A program made the translations under genes and the position numbers. This document shows, piece by piece, positions 28,444 through 40,100 of a stretch of DNA of 64,000 nt (its first letter is position 1; every line of letters starts with the position of its first letter). The notes beneath the pieces were generated by a model. The model ran no database searches and had not been told where the DNA came from. It was given only the letters and a program-made list of their open reading frames with translations. The DNA comes from Squalus acanthias (taxonomy: Eukaryota). The stretch is from contig JASTWF010000034.1 in NCBI GenBank assembly GCA_030390025.1, positions 3,410,001 through 3,474,000 of the forward strand. The letters are read 5' to 3'.

Positions 28444-29900
28444 CCCGGGATTAACCGAGTGAACCTTTTTTGCACTGCTTCGAGAGCAAGGATGTCTTTC
28501 CTTAAGTAAGGACACCAAAACTGTATGCAGTATTCCAGGTGCGGTCTCACCAATACCTTGTACAACTGAAGCAATACCTCCCTATTTTTATATTCTATCC
28601 CCCTAGCAATGAAAGCCAACATTCCATTTGCCTTCTTAATCACTTGCTGCACCTGCATACTAACCTTTTGAGTTTCGTGCACAAGGACCCCCAGATCCCT
28701 TTGCACTTCAGTACTCTCCAGTTTCTTGCCATTAAGATAATAAATTGCTCTAGGATTTTTCCTGCCAAAGTGCATCACCTCACACTTTCCAGTGTTGTAT
28801 TCCATCTGCCAAATCTCTGCCCACTTACTTAGCCTGTCTATGTCCCCTTGCAGGTTTTTTATGTCCTCCTCACTCACTACTTTCCCTCCCATCTTTGTAT
28901 CATCTGCAAATTTTGATATGTTACACTTGGTCCCTTCCTCCAAATCGTTAATATAGATTGTGAAGAGTTGGGGACCCAGCACTGACCCCTGTGGAACACC
29001 ACTAGTTACTGATTGCCAGTCTGAGAATGAACCATTTATCCCAACTCTTTGCTTTCTGTTAGATAGCCAATCCTCTATCCAAGCCAGAATATTACCCCCA
29101 ATCCCGTGATTTTTTACCTTAAGCAATAATCTTTTGTGTGGCACCTTGTCAAATGCCTTTTGGAAGTCTAAATACACTACGTCCACTGGTTCCCCTTTAT
29201 CCACTCTATATGTTACTTCCTCAAAGAACTCCAGCAAATTTGTCAAACATGACTTCCCCTTCGTAAAACCATGCTGACTTTGTCCTATTAAATTATGATT
29301 ATCCAAATGTCCTGTTACTGTTTCCTTAATAATGGACTCCAAAATTTTACCTACCACAGATGTTAGGCTAACCGGTCTATAGTTACCAGCCTTCTGTCTA
29401 CTGCCCTTTTTAAATAAGGGTGTTACATTAGCAGTTTTCCAGTCTGCCGGGACCTTAGCGGAATCCAGGGAGTTTTGAAAAATTATTACCAATGCATCTA
29501 CAATCCCTACCGCCACTTCCTTCAAGACTCTAGGATGTAAGCCATCAGGTCCAGGTGATTTATCCGCCTTGAGTCCCATTATTTTACCGAGTACCACTTC
29601 CTTAGTGATTTTGATCGTGTTTAGCTCCTCTCCCCCTATAGCCCCCTGTTTGTCCAGTGTTGGGATATTCTTAGTGTCCTCTACTGTAAAGACTGATACA
29701 AAATATTCATTCAGTGTTTTTGCCATCTCCATATTTCCCACCATTAATTTCCCGGTCTCATCCTCTAAGGGACCAACATTTACTTTAGCCACCCTTTTTC
29801 TTTTTATATAACTATAAAAACTCTTACTATCTGTTTTTATATTTTTTGCTAATTTACTTTCATAATCTATCTTCCCTTTCTTAATCAATCTTTTTGTTAT
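28444..29900 (-). CDS. Reverse transcriptase portion of LINE ORF2
   Basis: Non-LTR RT motifs SPGPDG, YRPVSL, LDFQKAFD, PQGSVLGP and FADD are present, with no internal stops. Confidence 0.95.
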
Positions 29901-29906
29901 TTTTTT

Positions 29907-31023
29907 GCTGCCTTTTAAAGTTTTCCCAATCCTCTGTCCTCCCACTAGATTTCGCTACCTTATATGCCCTTGTTTTTAGTCGAATACTATCCTTAATTTC
30001 TTTACTTAGCCACGGATGACTGTCCTTTCTTTTACACCCTTTTCTTTTCAGTGGAATATATTTTTTTTGGAAGTTGTAAAATAACTCCTTGAATGTACAC
30101 CACTGATCATGTGTCGTCTTACCCTTTAATCTATTTTCCCAATCCACTCTACTCAATTCCGCTCGCATACCTTCATAGTCTCCTTTATTCAAGCTTAGCA
30201 CGCTTGTTTGAGATCCAACCTTCTCACCCTCTAATTGAATATGGAATTCAACCATGTTATGGTCACTCATTCCAAGGGGATCCTTTACTAGGACATTTTT
30301 AATTAATCCTGTCTCGTTACACAGGACCAGATCTAAGGTTGCTTGCCCCCTGGTCGGTTCAGTTACATACTGCTCAAGAAACCCATCCCTAATACACTCA
30401 ATGAACTCATCCTCAAGGTAGCCCTGCCCCTTTTGATTTGTCCAATTAATATGATAGTTAAAATCCCCCATAATTATAGATGTTCCCTTATTACATGCCT
30501 CAACTATTTCCTGATTGATACTCCGTCCAATAGAGTTGCAACTGTTCGGAGGCCTATAGACTACGCCCACTAATGTTTTTTTCCCCTTATTATTCCTTAT
30601 CTCCACCCAAACTGTTTCATTATCATGATTTTTTGACCCAATATCATTACTCTGTATTACAGTGATTCCTTCCTTTATTAACATAGCCACCCCACCTCCC
30701 CTTCCTTCCTGCCTGTCCTTCCTGATCGTTAAATAACCTGGTATGTTTAATTCCCAGGCATTGTCACCCTGCAGCCATGTTTCTGTAATGGCCACAATAT
30801 CATAACCATATGTAGTTATTTGTGCCATTAACTCGTCTATTTTGTTGCGAATGCTACGTGCATTCAGATAGAGAACTTTCAAATATGCTTTGTGGCACTT
30901 AGTTCCTGCTTTTTCACTTTTTACCAGTTTACCTTTTACTCCACACACTCTGTCCCTTCCTGCCACGCTCTGATTTGTGATTCCCCTACTGCTACCTATG
31001 TCTATGACCCTCTCTGTTGTCAT
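29907..31023 (-). CDS. Apurinic-like (APE/EEP) endonuclease portion of LINE ORF2
   Basis: The motifs N-x-x-S (LNARS), TETW, GDFN, LDL and SDH are present in the expected order. Confidence 0.9.
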
Positions 31024-31061
31024 TTTTATTTTTTGCTCTCTTGAAACCTCCCCCCCACTAA

Positions 31062-31145
31062 TTAGTTTAAAGCCCTCTCCACAGCCCTAGTTATTCGATT
31101 CGCCAGGACACTAGTCCCAGCACTGGCCAAGTGAAGTCCGTCCCA
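31062..31145 (-). pseudogene. C-terminal remnant of CR1 ORF1 (SGNH esterase-like domain)
   Basis: My manual translation is WDGLHLASAGTSVLANRITRAVERALN*, which is too short for the ORF track. DGLH is the DxxH catalytic block of SGNH esterases found in CR1 ORF1. It ends 38 bp upstream of the ORF2 ATG. Confidence 0.8.
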
Positions 31146-34100
31146 ACTTTATTCTCTGGTCCAGAGGGTGGCATGTATAAATTAACAATTAAATGTAACT
31201 TTATTCCCCAGTGTAGAGGGCATCATGTCGAAATTAACAATTAACTGTAACTTTATTGCCCGGTGTAGAGGGTATCATGACAGATTAACAATTAACTTCA
31301 ACTTTATTCTCCGGTGTTGAGGGCATCATATAAAATTAACAATTAACTGTAACTTTATTTCACGAAGTAGAGGGTATCATATCAAATGAACAATTAACTG
31401 TAACTTTACTCCCCGGTGTAGAGGGCATCCTGTCAAAATTAACAATTAACTGTAACTTCTTTCCCCGGTGTAGAGGGCATCATGTCAAAATTTGCAATTA
31501 ACTGTAACTATATTCCCCGGTGTGATGTGTATGATGTTTAAGTTAACAATTAACTGTAACCTTAATCCCTGGTTTAGAGGATATCATGTCGAATTAACAA
31601 TTAACTGTAACTTATTCCCCGGTGTAGAGGGCATTAAGTCAAAATTAACAATTAACTGTAACTTTATTCCTCGGTGTAAAGGATATTATGTCAAAATTAG
31701 CAATTAACTGTAACTATATTCCACGGTGCAGAGTGTATCATATCAAATTAACAATTAACTGTGACTTTATTTCTCAGTGTAGAGGGTTCCATTTCAAATT
31801 TAATGTATCATTATTCCCCAGTGTAGAGATTATTGACTGTAATTTTATTCCACAGTGTAGAGGGTATCATGTAAATTCAACAATTAACAGTAAGTTTATT
31901 CTCTGGTGTACAGGGTATCATGTCTAAATTAACAATTAACTGTAACTTTATTTCAGAGTGTTGAGGACATCATGAAAAATTAACAATTAACTGTAACTTT
32001 ATTTCCCGGTGTAGAGGGTATCATATCAAATTAACAATTTACTGTAACTTTATCCCCCGGTGTAGAGGGCATCATGTAAAAATTAACAATTAGTTGCATC
32101 ATTATCCCGCATTGTAGTGGGTATCATGTCGAAATTAACAATTAATCGTAACTTTTTTACTCAGTGTAGAGTATATCATGTCAAATTAACAATTAAATTA
32201 ACTTTATTCCCCGGTGTAGAGGATTTTATGTCAATTAAAAATTAACTGTAAAATTGTTCTCTTGTGTACAGGATATCATGCCAAATAAAAAAAATAACTG
32301 TGACTTTATTCTGTGCTGTAGAGGATATCATGTCTAAATTAACAATTAACTGTCAAATATTCTCCGGTGTAGAGGTTATGATGTCAAATTAACAATTTAC
32401 TGTAACTTTATTCACTGGTATAGAGGGCATCATGTAAAAATTAATAATTAACTGTAACTTTATTCTGCATTGTAGTGGGTATCATGTCTAAATTAACAAT
32501 TAAAAGTAACTTTTTTCCCCAGTGTAGAGTATATCATGCCAAATTAACAATTAAATTAACTTCATTCGCCGGTGTAGAGGATATTATGTCAATTTAAAAT
32601 TAATTGTAAAATTGTTCTCTTGTGTACAGGATATCATGCCAAATTAAAAATTAACTGTGACTTTATTCTGTGCTGTAGAGGATATCATGTCTAAATTAAC
32701 AATTAAGTGTAAAATTATTCTCCGCTGTAGAGGTTATGATGCCAAATTAACAATTAACAGTAACTTTATTCCCCGATGTAGAGGGTATCCTGTCTAAAAT
32801 AGCAATTAACTGTAACTTTGTTCACCAGTGTAGAAGTTATCATGTCTAAATTAATAATTAAGTGTAACTTTATTCCCCTGTTGAGAAGGTATCATGTCTA
32901 AATTAACGATTAAGTGTCACTTTATTCCCCTGTTGAGAAGGTATCATTTCTAAATTAACAATTAACTGCAACTTTATTCCTCGGTGTAAAGGATATTATG
33001 TCAAAATTAGCAATTAACTGTAACTATATTGCACGGTGCAGAGTGTATCATATCAAATTAACAATTAACTGTAACTTTATTTCTCAGTGCAGAGATTATT
33101 GACTGTAATTTTATTCCACAGTGTAGAGGGTATCATGTAAATTCAACAATGAACAGTAAGTTTATTCTCTGGTGTACACGGCATCATGCCTAAATTAACA
33201 ATTAACTGTAACTTTATTTCCCGGTGTAGTGGTTATCATATCAAATTAACAATTTACTGTAACTTTATCCCCCGGTGTAGAGGGCATCATGTAAAAATTA
33301 ACAATTAGTTGCATCATTATCCCGCATTGTAGTGGGTATCATGTCTAAATTAACAATTAACCGTAACTTTTTTACTCAGTGTAGAGTATATCATGTCAAA
33401 TTAACAATTAAATTAACTTTATTCCCCGGTGTAGAGGATTTTATGTCAATTAAAAATTAACTGTAAAATTGTTCTCTTGTGTACAGGATATCATGCCAAA
33501 TAAAAAAATAACTGTGACTTTATTCTGTGCTGTAGAGGATATCATGTCTAAATTAACAATTAACTGTAAAATTATTCTCCGGTGTAGAGGTTATGATGTC
33601 AAATTAACAATTTACTGTAACTTTATTCACCGGTATAGAGGGCATCATGTAAAAATGAATAATTAACTGTAACTTTATTCCGCATTGTAGTGGGTATCAT
33701 CTCTAAATTAACAATTAAAAGTAACTTTTTTCCCCAGTGTAGAGTATATCATGCCAAATTAACAATTAAATTAACTTTATTCGCCGGTGTAGAGGATATT
33801 ATGTCATATTAAAATTAACTGTAAAATTGTTCTCTTGTGTACAGGATATCATGCCAAATTAAAAATTAACTGTGACTTTATTCTGTGATGTAGAGGATAT
33901 CATGTCTAAATTAACAATTAAGTGTAAAATTATTCTCCGCTGTAGAGGTTATGATGCCAAATTAACAATTAACAGTAACTTTATTCCCCGATGTAGAGGG
34001 TATCCTGTCTAAATTAGCAATTAACTGTAACTTTGTTCACCAGTGTAGAAGTTAACATGTCTAAATTAACAATTAAGTGGAACTTTATTCCCCTGTTGAG

Positions 34101-37100
34101 AAGGTATCATGTCTAAATTAACGATTAAGTGTCAATTTATTCCCCTGTTGAGAAGGTATCATTTCTAAATTAACAATTAACTGCAACTTTATTCCCCGGT
34201 GTGCAGGGAATCATGTCTACATTAACAATTAACTGTAAATTTATTCCCCTGTGCAGAAGGTATCATGTAAAATTAACAATCAACTTTAACTTTATTCCCC
34301 GGTGTAGAGGGTATCATGTAAAATTAACAATCAACTGTAACTTAATTCCCAGTGTAGAGGTTTTCATGACAAATTAAAGATTACATTTATATTTATTCCC
34401 CAGTGTAGCGGGCATCATGGCATAATTAACAATTAAATGTAACATTATTCCAAAGTGTAGAGGATATCATGTGAAAATTAGCAATTGACTGTAACTTTAG
34501 TCTATGGTGTGCAGGGAATCATGTCTAAATTAACAATTAACTGTAACTTTATTCCCCGGTATACAGGGTATCATGCCAAAATTAGCAATTAAACGTAACT
34601 ATATTCCCCGGTGCATAGGGCATCATATCGAAATTAACAATTAACTGTAACTTTATTCACCGTTGTAGAGGGCTTCATGTCAAAATAAATATTAAGGGTA
34701 ACTATATTCACTGATGTAGAGGGTATCGTGTCAAATCAACATATAACAGTAACTTTATTCCTCGATGTAGCAGGAATCATGTCTAAATTAACAATTACCT
34801 GTAACTTTATTCCCCGGTGTAGAGGGGATCCGGTCTAAATTAACAATTAACTGTAACTTAATTCCCCTTTTTTGAGGGAATCCTGTCTAAATTAACAATT
34901 AACTGTAACTTTATTCCCCAGTGTAGAAGGTATCATGTGTAAATTAACAATTAACTGTAACTTCATTCCCTGGAATACCGGGAATCATGTCTTAATTAAC
35001 GATTAACTGTAATTTTATTCCCCAGTGTAGAGGGCATCATGTCGAAATTAACAATTAACTGTTACTTTATTTCCCGGTGTCGAGGTTATCATGTCTATAT
35101 TAACAATTAACTGTATCTTTATTCCCCGGTGTCAAGGGCTTCATATTAATTTAACAATTAACTGTAACTTTATTCCCCGGTGTAGAGGGTATCATTTCAA
35201 ATTAACTGTATCTTTATTCCTCTGTGTAGAGATTATCATGATAAAAAAATTCACTTTTACTTTATTCCCCGGTGTAGAGGGTATCATGTAAATTCAACAA
35301 TTACCTGTAACTTTATTCTCTGGTCCAGAGGGTGGCATGTATAAATTAACAATTAAATGTAACTTTATTCCCCAGTGTAGAGGGCATCATGTCGAAATTA
35401 ACAATTAACTGTAACTTTATTGCCCGGTGTAGAGGGTATCATGACAGATTAACAATTAACTTCAACTTTATTCTCCGGTGTTGAGGGCATCATATAAAAT
35501 TAACAATTAACTGTAACTTTATTTCACGAAGTAGAGGGTATCATATCAAATGAACAATTAACTGTAACTTTACTCCCCGGTGTAGAGGGCATCCTGTCAA
35601 AATTAACAATTAACTGTAACTTCTTTCCCCGGTGTAGAGGGCATCATGTCAAAATTTGCAATTAACTGTAACTATATTCCCCGGTGTGATGTGTATGATG
35701 TTTAAGTTAACAATTAACTGTAACCTTAATCCCTGGTTTAGAGGATATCATGTCGAATTAACAATTAACTGTAACTTATTCCCCGGTGTAGAGGGCATTA
35801 AGTCAAAATTAACAATTAACTGTAACTTTATTCCTCGGTGTAAAGGATATTATGTCAAAATTAGCAATTAACTGTAACTATATTCCACGGTGCAGAGTGT
35901 ATCATATCAAATTAACAATTAACTGTGACTTTATTTCTCAGTGTAGAGGGTTCCATTTCAAATTTAATGTATCATTATTCCCCAGTGTAGAGATTATTGA
36001 CTGTAATTTTATTCCACAGTGTAGAGGGTATCATGTAAATTCAACAATTAACAGTAAGTTTATTCTCTGGTGTACAGGGTATCATGTCTAAATTAACAAT
36101 TAACTGTAACTTTATTTCAGAGTGTTGAGGACATCATGAAAAATTAACAATTAACTGTAACTTTATTTCCCGGTGTAGAGGGTATCATATCAAATTAACA
36201 ATTTACTGTAACTTTATCCCCCGGTGTAGAGGGCATCATGTAAAAATTAACAATTAGTTGCATCATTATCCCGCATTGTAGTGGGTATCATGTCGAAATT
36301 AACAATTAATCGTAACTTTTTTACTCAGTGTAGAGTATATCATGTCAAATTAACAATTAAATTAACTTTATTCCCCGGTGTAGAGGATTTTATGTCAATT
36401 AAAAATTAACTGTAAAATTGTTCTCTTGTGTACAGGATATCATGCCAAATAAAAAAAATAACTGTGACTTTATTCTGTGCTGTAGAGGATATCATGTCTA
36501 AATTAACAATTAACTGTAAAATTATTCTCCGGTGTAGAGGTTATGATGTCAAATTAACAATTTACTGTAACTTTATTCACTGGTATAGAGGGCATCATGT
36601 AAAAATTAATAATTAACTGTAACTTTATTCCGCATTGTAGTGGGTATCATGTCTAAATTAACAATTAAAAGTAACTTTTTTCCCCAGTGTAGAGTATATC
36701 ATGCCAAATTAACAATTAAATTAACTTCATTCGCCGGTGTAGAGGATATTATGTCAATTTAAAATTAACTGTAAAATTGTTCTCTTGTGTACAGGATATC
36801 ATGCCAAATTAAAAATTAACTGTGACTTTATTCTGTGCTGTAGAGGATATCATGTCTAAATTAACAATTAAGTGTAAAATTATTCTCCGCTGTAGAGGTT
36901 ATGATGCCAAATTAACAATTAACAGTAACTTTATTCCCCGATGTAGAGGGTATCCTGTCTAAAATAGCAATTAACTGTAACTTTGTTCACCAGTGTAGAA
37001 GTTATCATGTCTAAATTAAGAATTAAGTGTAACTTTATTCCCCTGTTGAGAAGGTATCATGTCTAAATTAACGATTAAGTGTCACTTTATTCCCCTGTTG

Positions 37101-40100
37101 AGAAGGTATCATTTCTAAATTAACAATTAACTGCAACTTTATTCCCCGGTGTGCAGGGAATCATGTCTACATTAACAATTAACTGTAAATTTATTCCCCT
37201 GTGCAGAAGGTATCATGTCAAATTAACAATTAACTGTAACTTTATTTCTCAGTGTAGAGGGTTCCATTTCAAATTAAATGTATCATTATTCCGCAGTGTA
37301 GAGATTATTGACTGTAATTTTATTCCACAGTGTAGAGGGTATCATGTAAATTCAACAATTAACAGTAAGTTTATTCTCTGGTGTACAGGGTATCATGTCT
37401 AAATTAACAATTAACTTTAACTTTATTTCAGAGTGTTGAGGACATCATGAAAAATTAACAATTAACTGTAACTTTATTTCCCGGTGTAGAGGGTATCATA
37501 TCAAATTAACAATTTACTGCAACTTTATCCCCCGGTGTAGAGGGCATCATGTGAAAATTAACAATTAGTTGCATCATTATCCCGCATTGTAGTGGGTATC
37601 ATGTCTAAATTAACAATTAACCATAACTTTTTTACCCAGTGTAGAGTATATCATGTCAAATTAACAATTAAATTAACTTTATTCCCCGGTGTAGAGGATA
37701 TTATGTCAATTCAAAATTAACTGTAAAATTGTTCTCTTGTGTACAGGATATCATGCCAAATTAAAAATTAACTGTGACTTTATTCTGTGCTGTAGAAGAT
37801 ATCATGTCTAAATCAACAATTACCTGTAACTTTATTCTCAGATCCAGAGGGTGGCATGTCTAAATTAACAATTAAATGTAACTTTATTCCCCAGTGTAGA
37901 GGGCATCATGTCGAAATTAACAATTAACTGTAACTTTATTCCGCATTGTAGTGGGTATCATGTCTAAATTAACAATTAAAAGTAACTTTTTCCCCCAGTG
38001 TAGAGTATATCATGCCAAATTAACAATTAAATTAACTTTATTCGCCGGTGTAGAGGATATTATGTCAATTTAAAATTAACTGTAAAATTGTTCTCTTGTG
38101 TACAGGATATCATGCCAAATTAACTGTGACTTTATTCTGTGCTGTAGATGACATCATGTCTAAATTAACAATTAACTGTAAAATTATTCTCCGCTGTAGA
38201 GGTTATGATGCCAAATTAACAATTAACAGTAACTTTATTCCCCGATGTGGAGGGTATCCTGTCTAAATTAGCAATTAGCTGTAACTTTGTTCACCAGTGT
38301 AGAAGTTATCATGTCTAAATTAACGATTAAGTGTCACTTTATTCCCCTGTTGAGAAGGTATCATTTCTAAATTAACAATTAACTGCAACTTTATTCCCCG
38401 GTGTGCAGGGAATCAAGTCTACATTAACAATTAACTGTAAATTTATTCCCCTGTGCAGAAGGTATCATGTAAAATTAACAATCAACTTTAACTTTATTCC
38501 CCTGTGCAGAGGGTATCATGTAAAATTAACAATCAACTGTAACTTAATTCCCAGTGTAGAGGTTTTCATGACAAATTAAAATTACATTTATATTTATTCC
38601 CCAGTGTAGCAGGCATCATGGCATAATTAACAATTAACATTATTCCAAAGTGTAGAGGATATCATGTGAAAATTAGCAATTGACTGTAACTTTATTCTAT
38701 GGTGTGCAGGGAATCATGTCTAAATTAACAATTAACTGTAACTTTATTCCCCGGTATACAGGGTATCATGCCAAAATTAGCAATTAAACGTAACTATATT
38801 CCCCGGTGCATAGGGCATCATATCGAAATTAACAATTAACTGTAACTTTATTCACCGTTGTAGAGGGCTTCATGTCAAAATAAATATTAAGGGTAACTAT
38901 ATTCACTGATGTAGAGGGTATCGTGTCAAATCAACATATAACAGTAACTTTATTCCTCGATGTAGCAGGAATCATGTCTAAATTAACAATTACCTGTAAC
39001 TTTATTCCCCGGTGTTGAGGGGATCCTGTCTAAATTAACAATTAACTGTAACTTAATTCCCCGTTTTTGAGGGAATCCTGTCTAAATTAACAATTAACTG
39101 TAACTTTATTCCCCAGTGTAGAAGGTATCATGTGTAAATTAACAATTAACTGTAACTTCATTCCCTGGAATACCGGGAATCATGTCTTAATTAACGATTA
39201 ACTGTAATTTTATTCCCCAGTGTAGAGGGCATCATGTCGAAATTAACAATTAACTGTAACTTTATTGCCCGGTGTAGAGGGCATAATGGCAAATTAAAAA
39301 TTAACTGTAACTTTATTCTCCGGTGTAGAGGGCATCATGTCAAATTAAGAATTAACTGTTACTTTATTTCCCGGTGTCGAGGTTATCATGTCTAAATTAA
39401 CAATTAGCTGTATCTTTATTCCCCGGTGTCGAGGGCATCATATTAATTTAACAATTAACTGTAACTTTATGCCCCGGTGTAGAGGGTATCATTTCAAATT
39501 AACTGTATCTTTATTCCTCTGTGTAGAGATTATCATGATAAAAAAATTCACTTTTACTTTATTCCCCGGTGTAGAGGGTATCATGTAAATTCAACAATTA
39601 CCTGTAACTTTATTCTCTGGTCCAGAGGGTGGCATGTATAAATTAACAATTAAATGTAACTTTATTCCCCAGGTGTAGAGGGCATCATGTCGAAATTAAC
39701 AATTAACTGTAACTTTATTGCCCGGTGTAGAGGGTATCATGACAGATTAACAATTAACTTCAACTTTATTCTCCGGTGTTGAGGGCATCATATAAAATTA
39801 ACAATTAACTGTAACTTTATTTCACGATGTAGAGGGTATCATATCAAATGAACAATTAACTGTAACTTTACTCCCCGGTGTAGAGGGCATCATGTCAAAA
39901 TTAACAATTAACTGTAACTTCTTTCCCCGGTGTAGAGGGCATCATGTCAAAATTTGCAATTAACTGTAACTATATTCCCCGGTGTGATGTGTATGATGTT
40001 TAAGTTAACAATTAACTGTAACCTTAATCCCTGGTTTAGAGGATATCATGTCGAATTAACAATTAACTGTAACTTATTCCCCGGTGTAGAGGGCATTATG

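Larger units (their letters stand above)
28072..31023 (-). pseudogene. CR1 ORF2 (APE endonuclease + reverse transcriptase), about 983 aa if two 1-bp frameshifts are corrected
   Basis: Three ORF pieces join into one protein. 29881-31023 has YLNARS, AITETWL, GGGV, MGDFN, LDLV and SDH. 28440-29945 has KSPGPDG, NYRPVSLTS, QHGF, YLDFQKAFD, GVPQGSVLGP and FADD. 28072-28443 has YEERL..LGLYSLE.RR.RGDLI, TRGH and WN.LP. The frameshifts are at the T7 run 29900-29906 and at CCCGGG 28444-28449. Confidence 0.93.
27832..31147 (-). mobile_element. CR1-clade non-LTR retrotransposon (LINE), 5'-truncated, about 3.3 kb
   Basis: Abrupt break in the satellite. The minus strand encodes an ORF1 C-terminus, an APE endonuclease and a reverse transcriptase. 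It ends in a short 3' UTR with a stem-loop and an 8-bp tandem tail instead of poly(A), which is typical of CR1. Confidence 0.95.

Noticed and set aside
28440..29945. Programmed ribosomal frameshifting as the explanation for the split ORF2
   Set aside because: CR1 ORF2 is normally a single frame. The two shifts are simple +1 and -1 homopolymer indels, better explained by mutation or sequencing error.
28180..30573. Plus-strand ORFs at 28180, 28539, 29569, 30093 and 30343
   Set aside because: These are antisense shadows of LINE ORF2 with no recognisable motifs.
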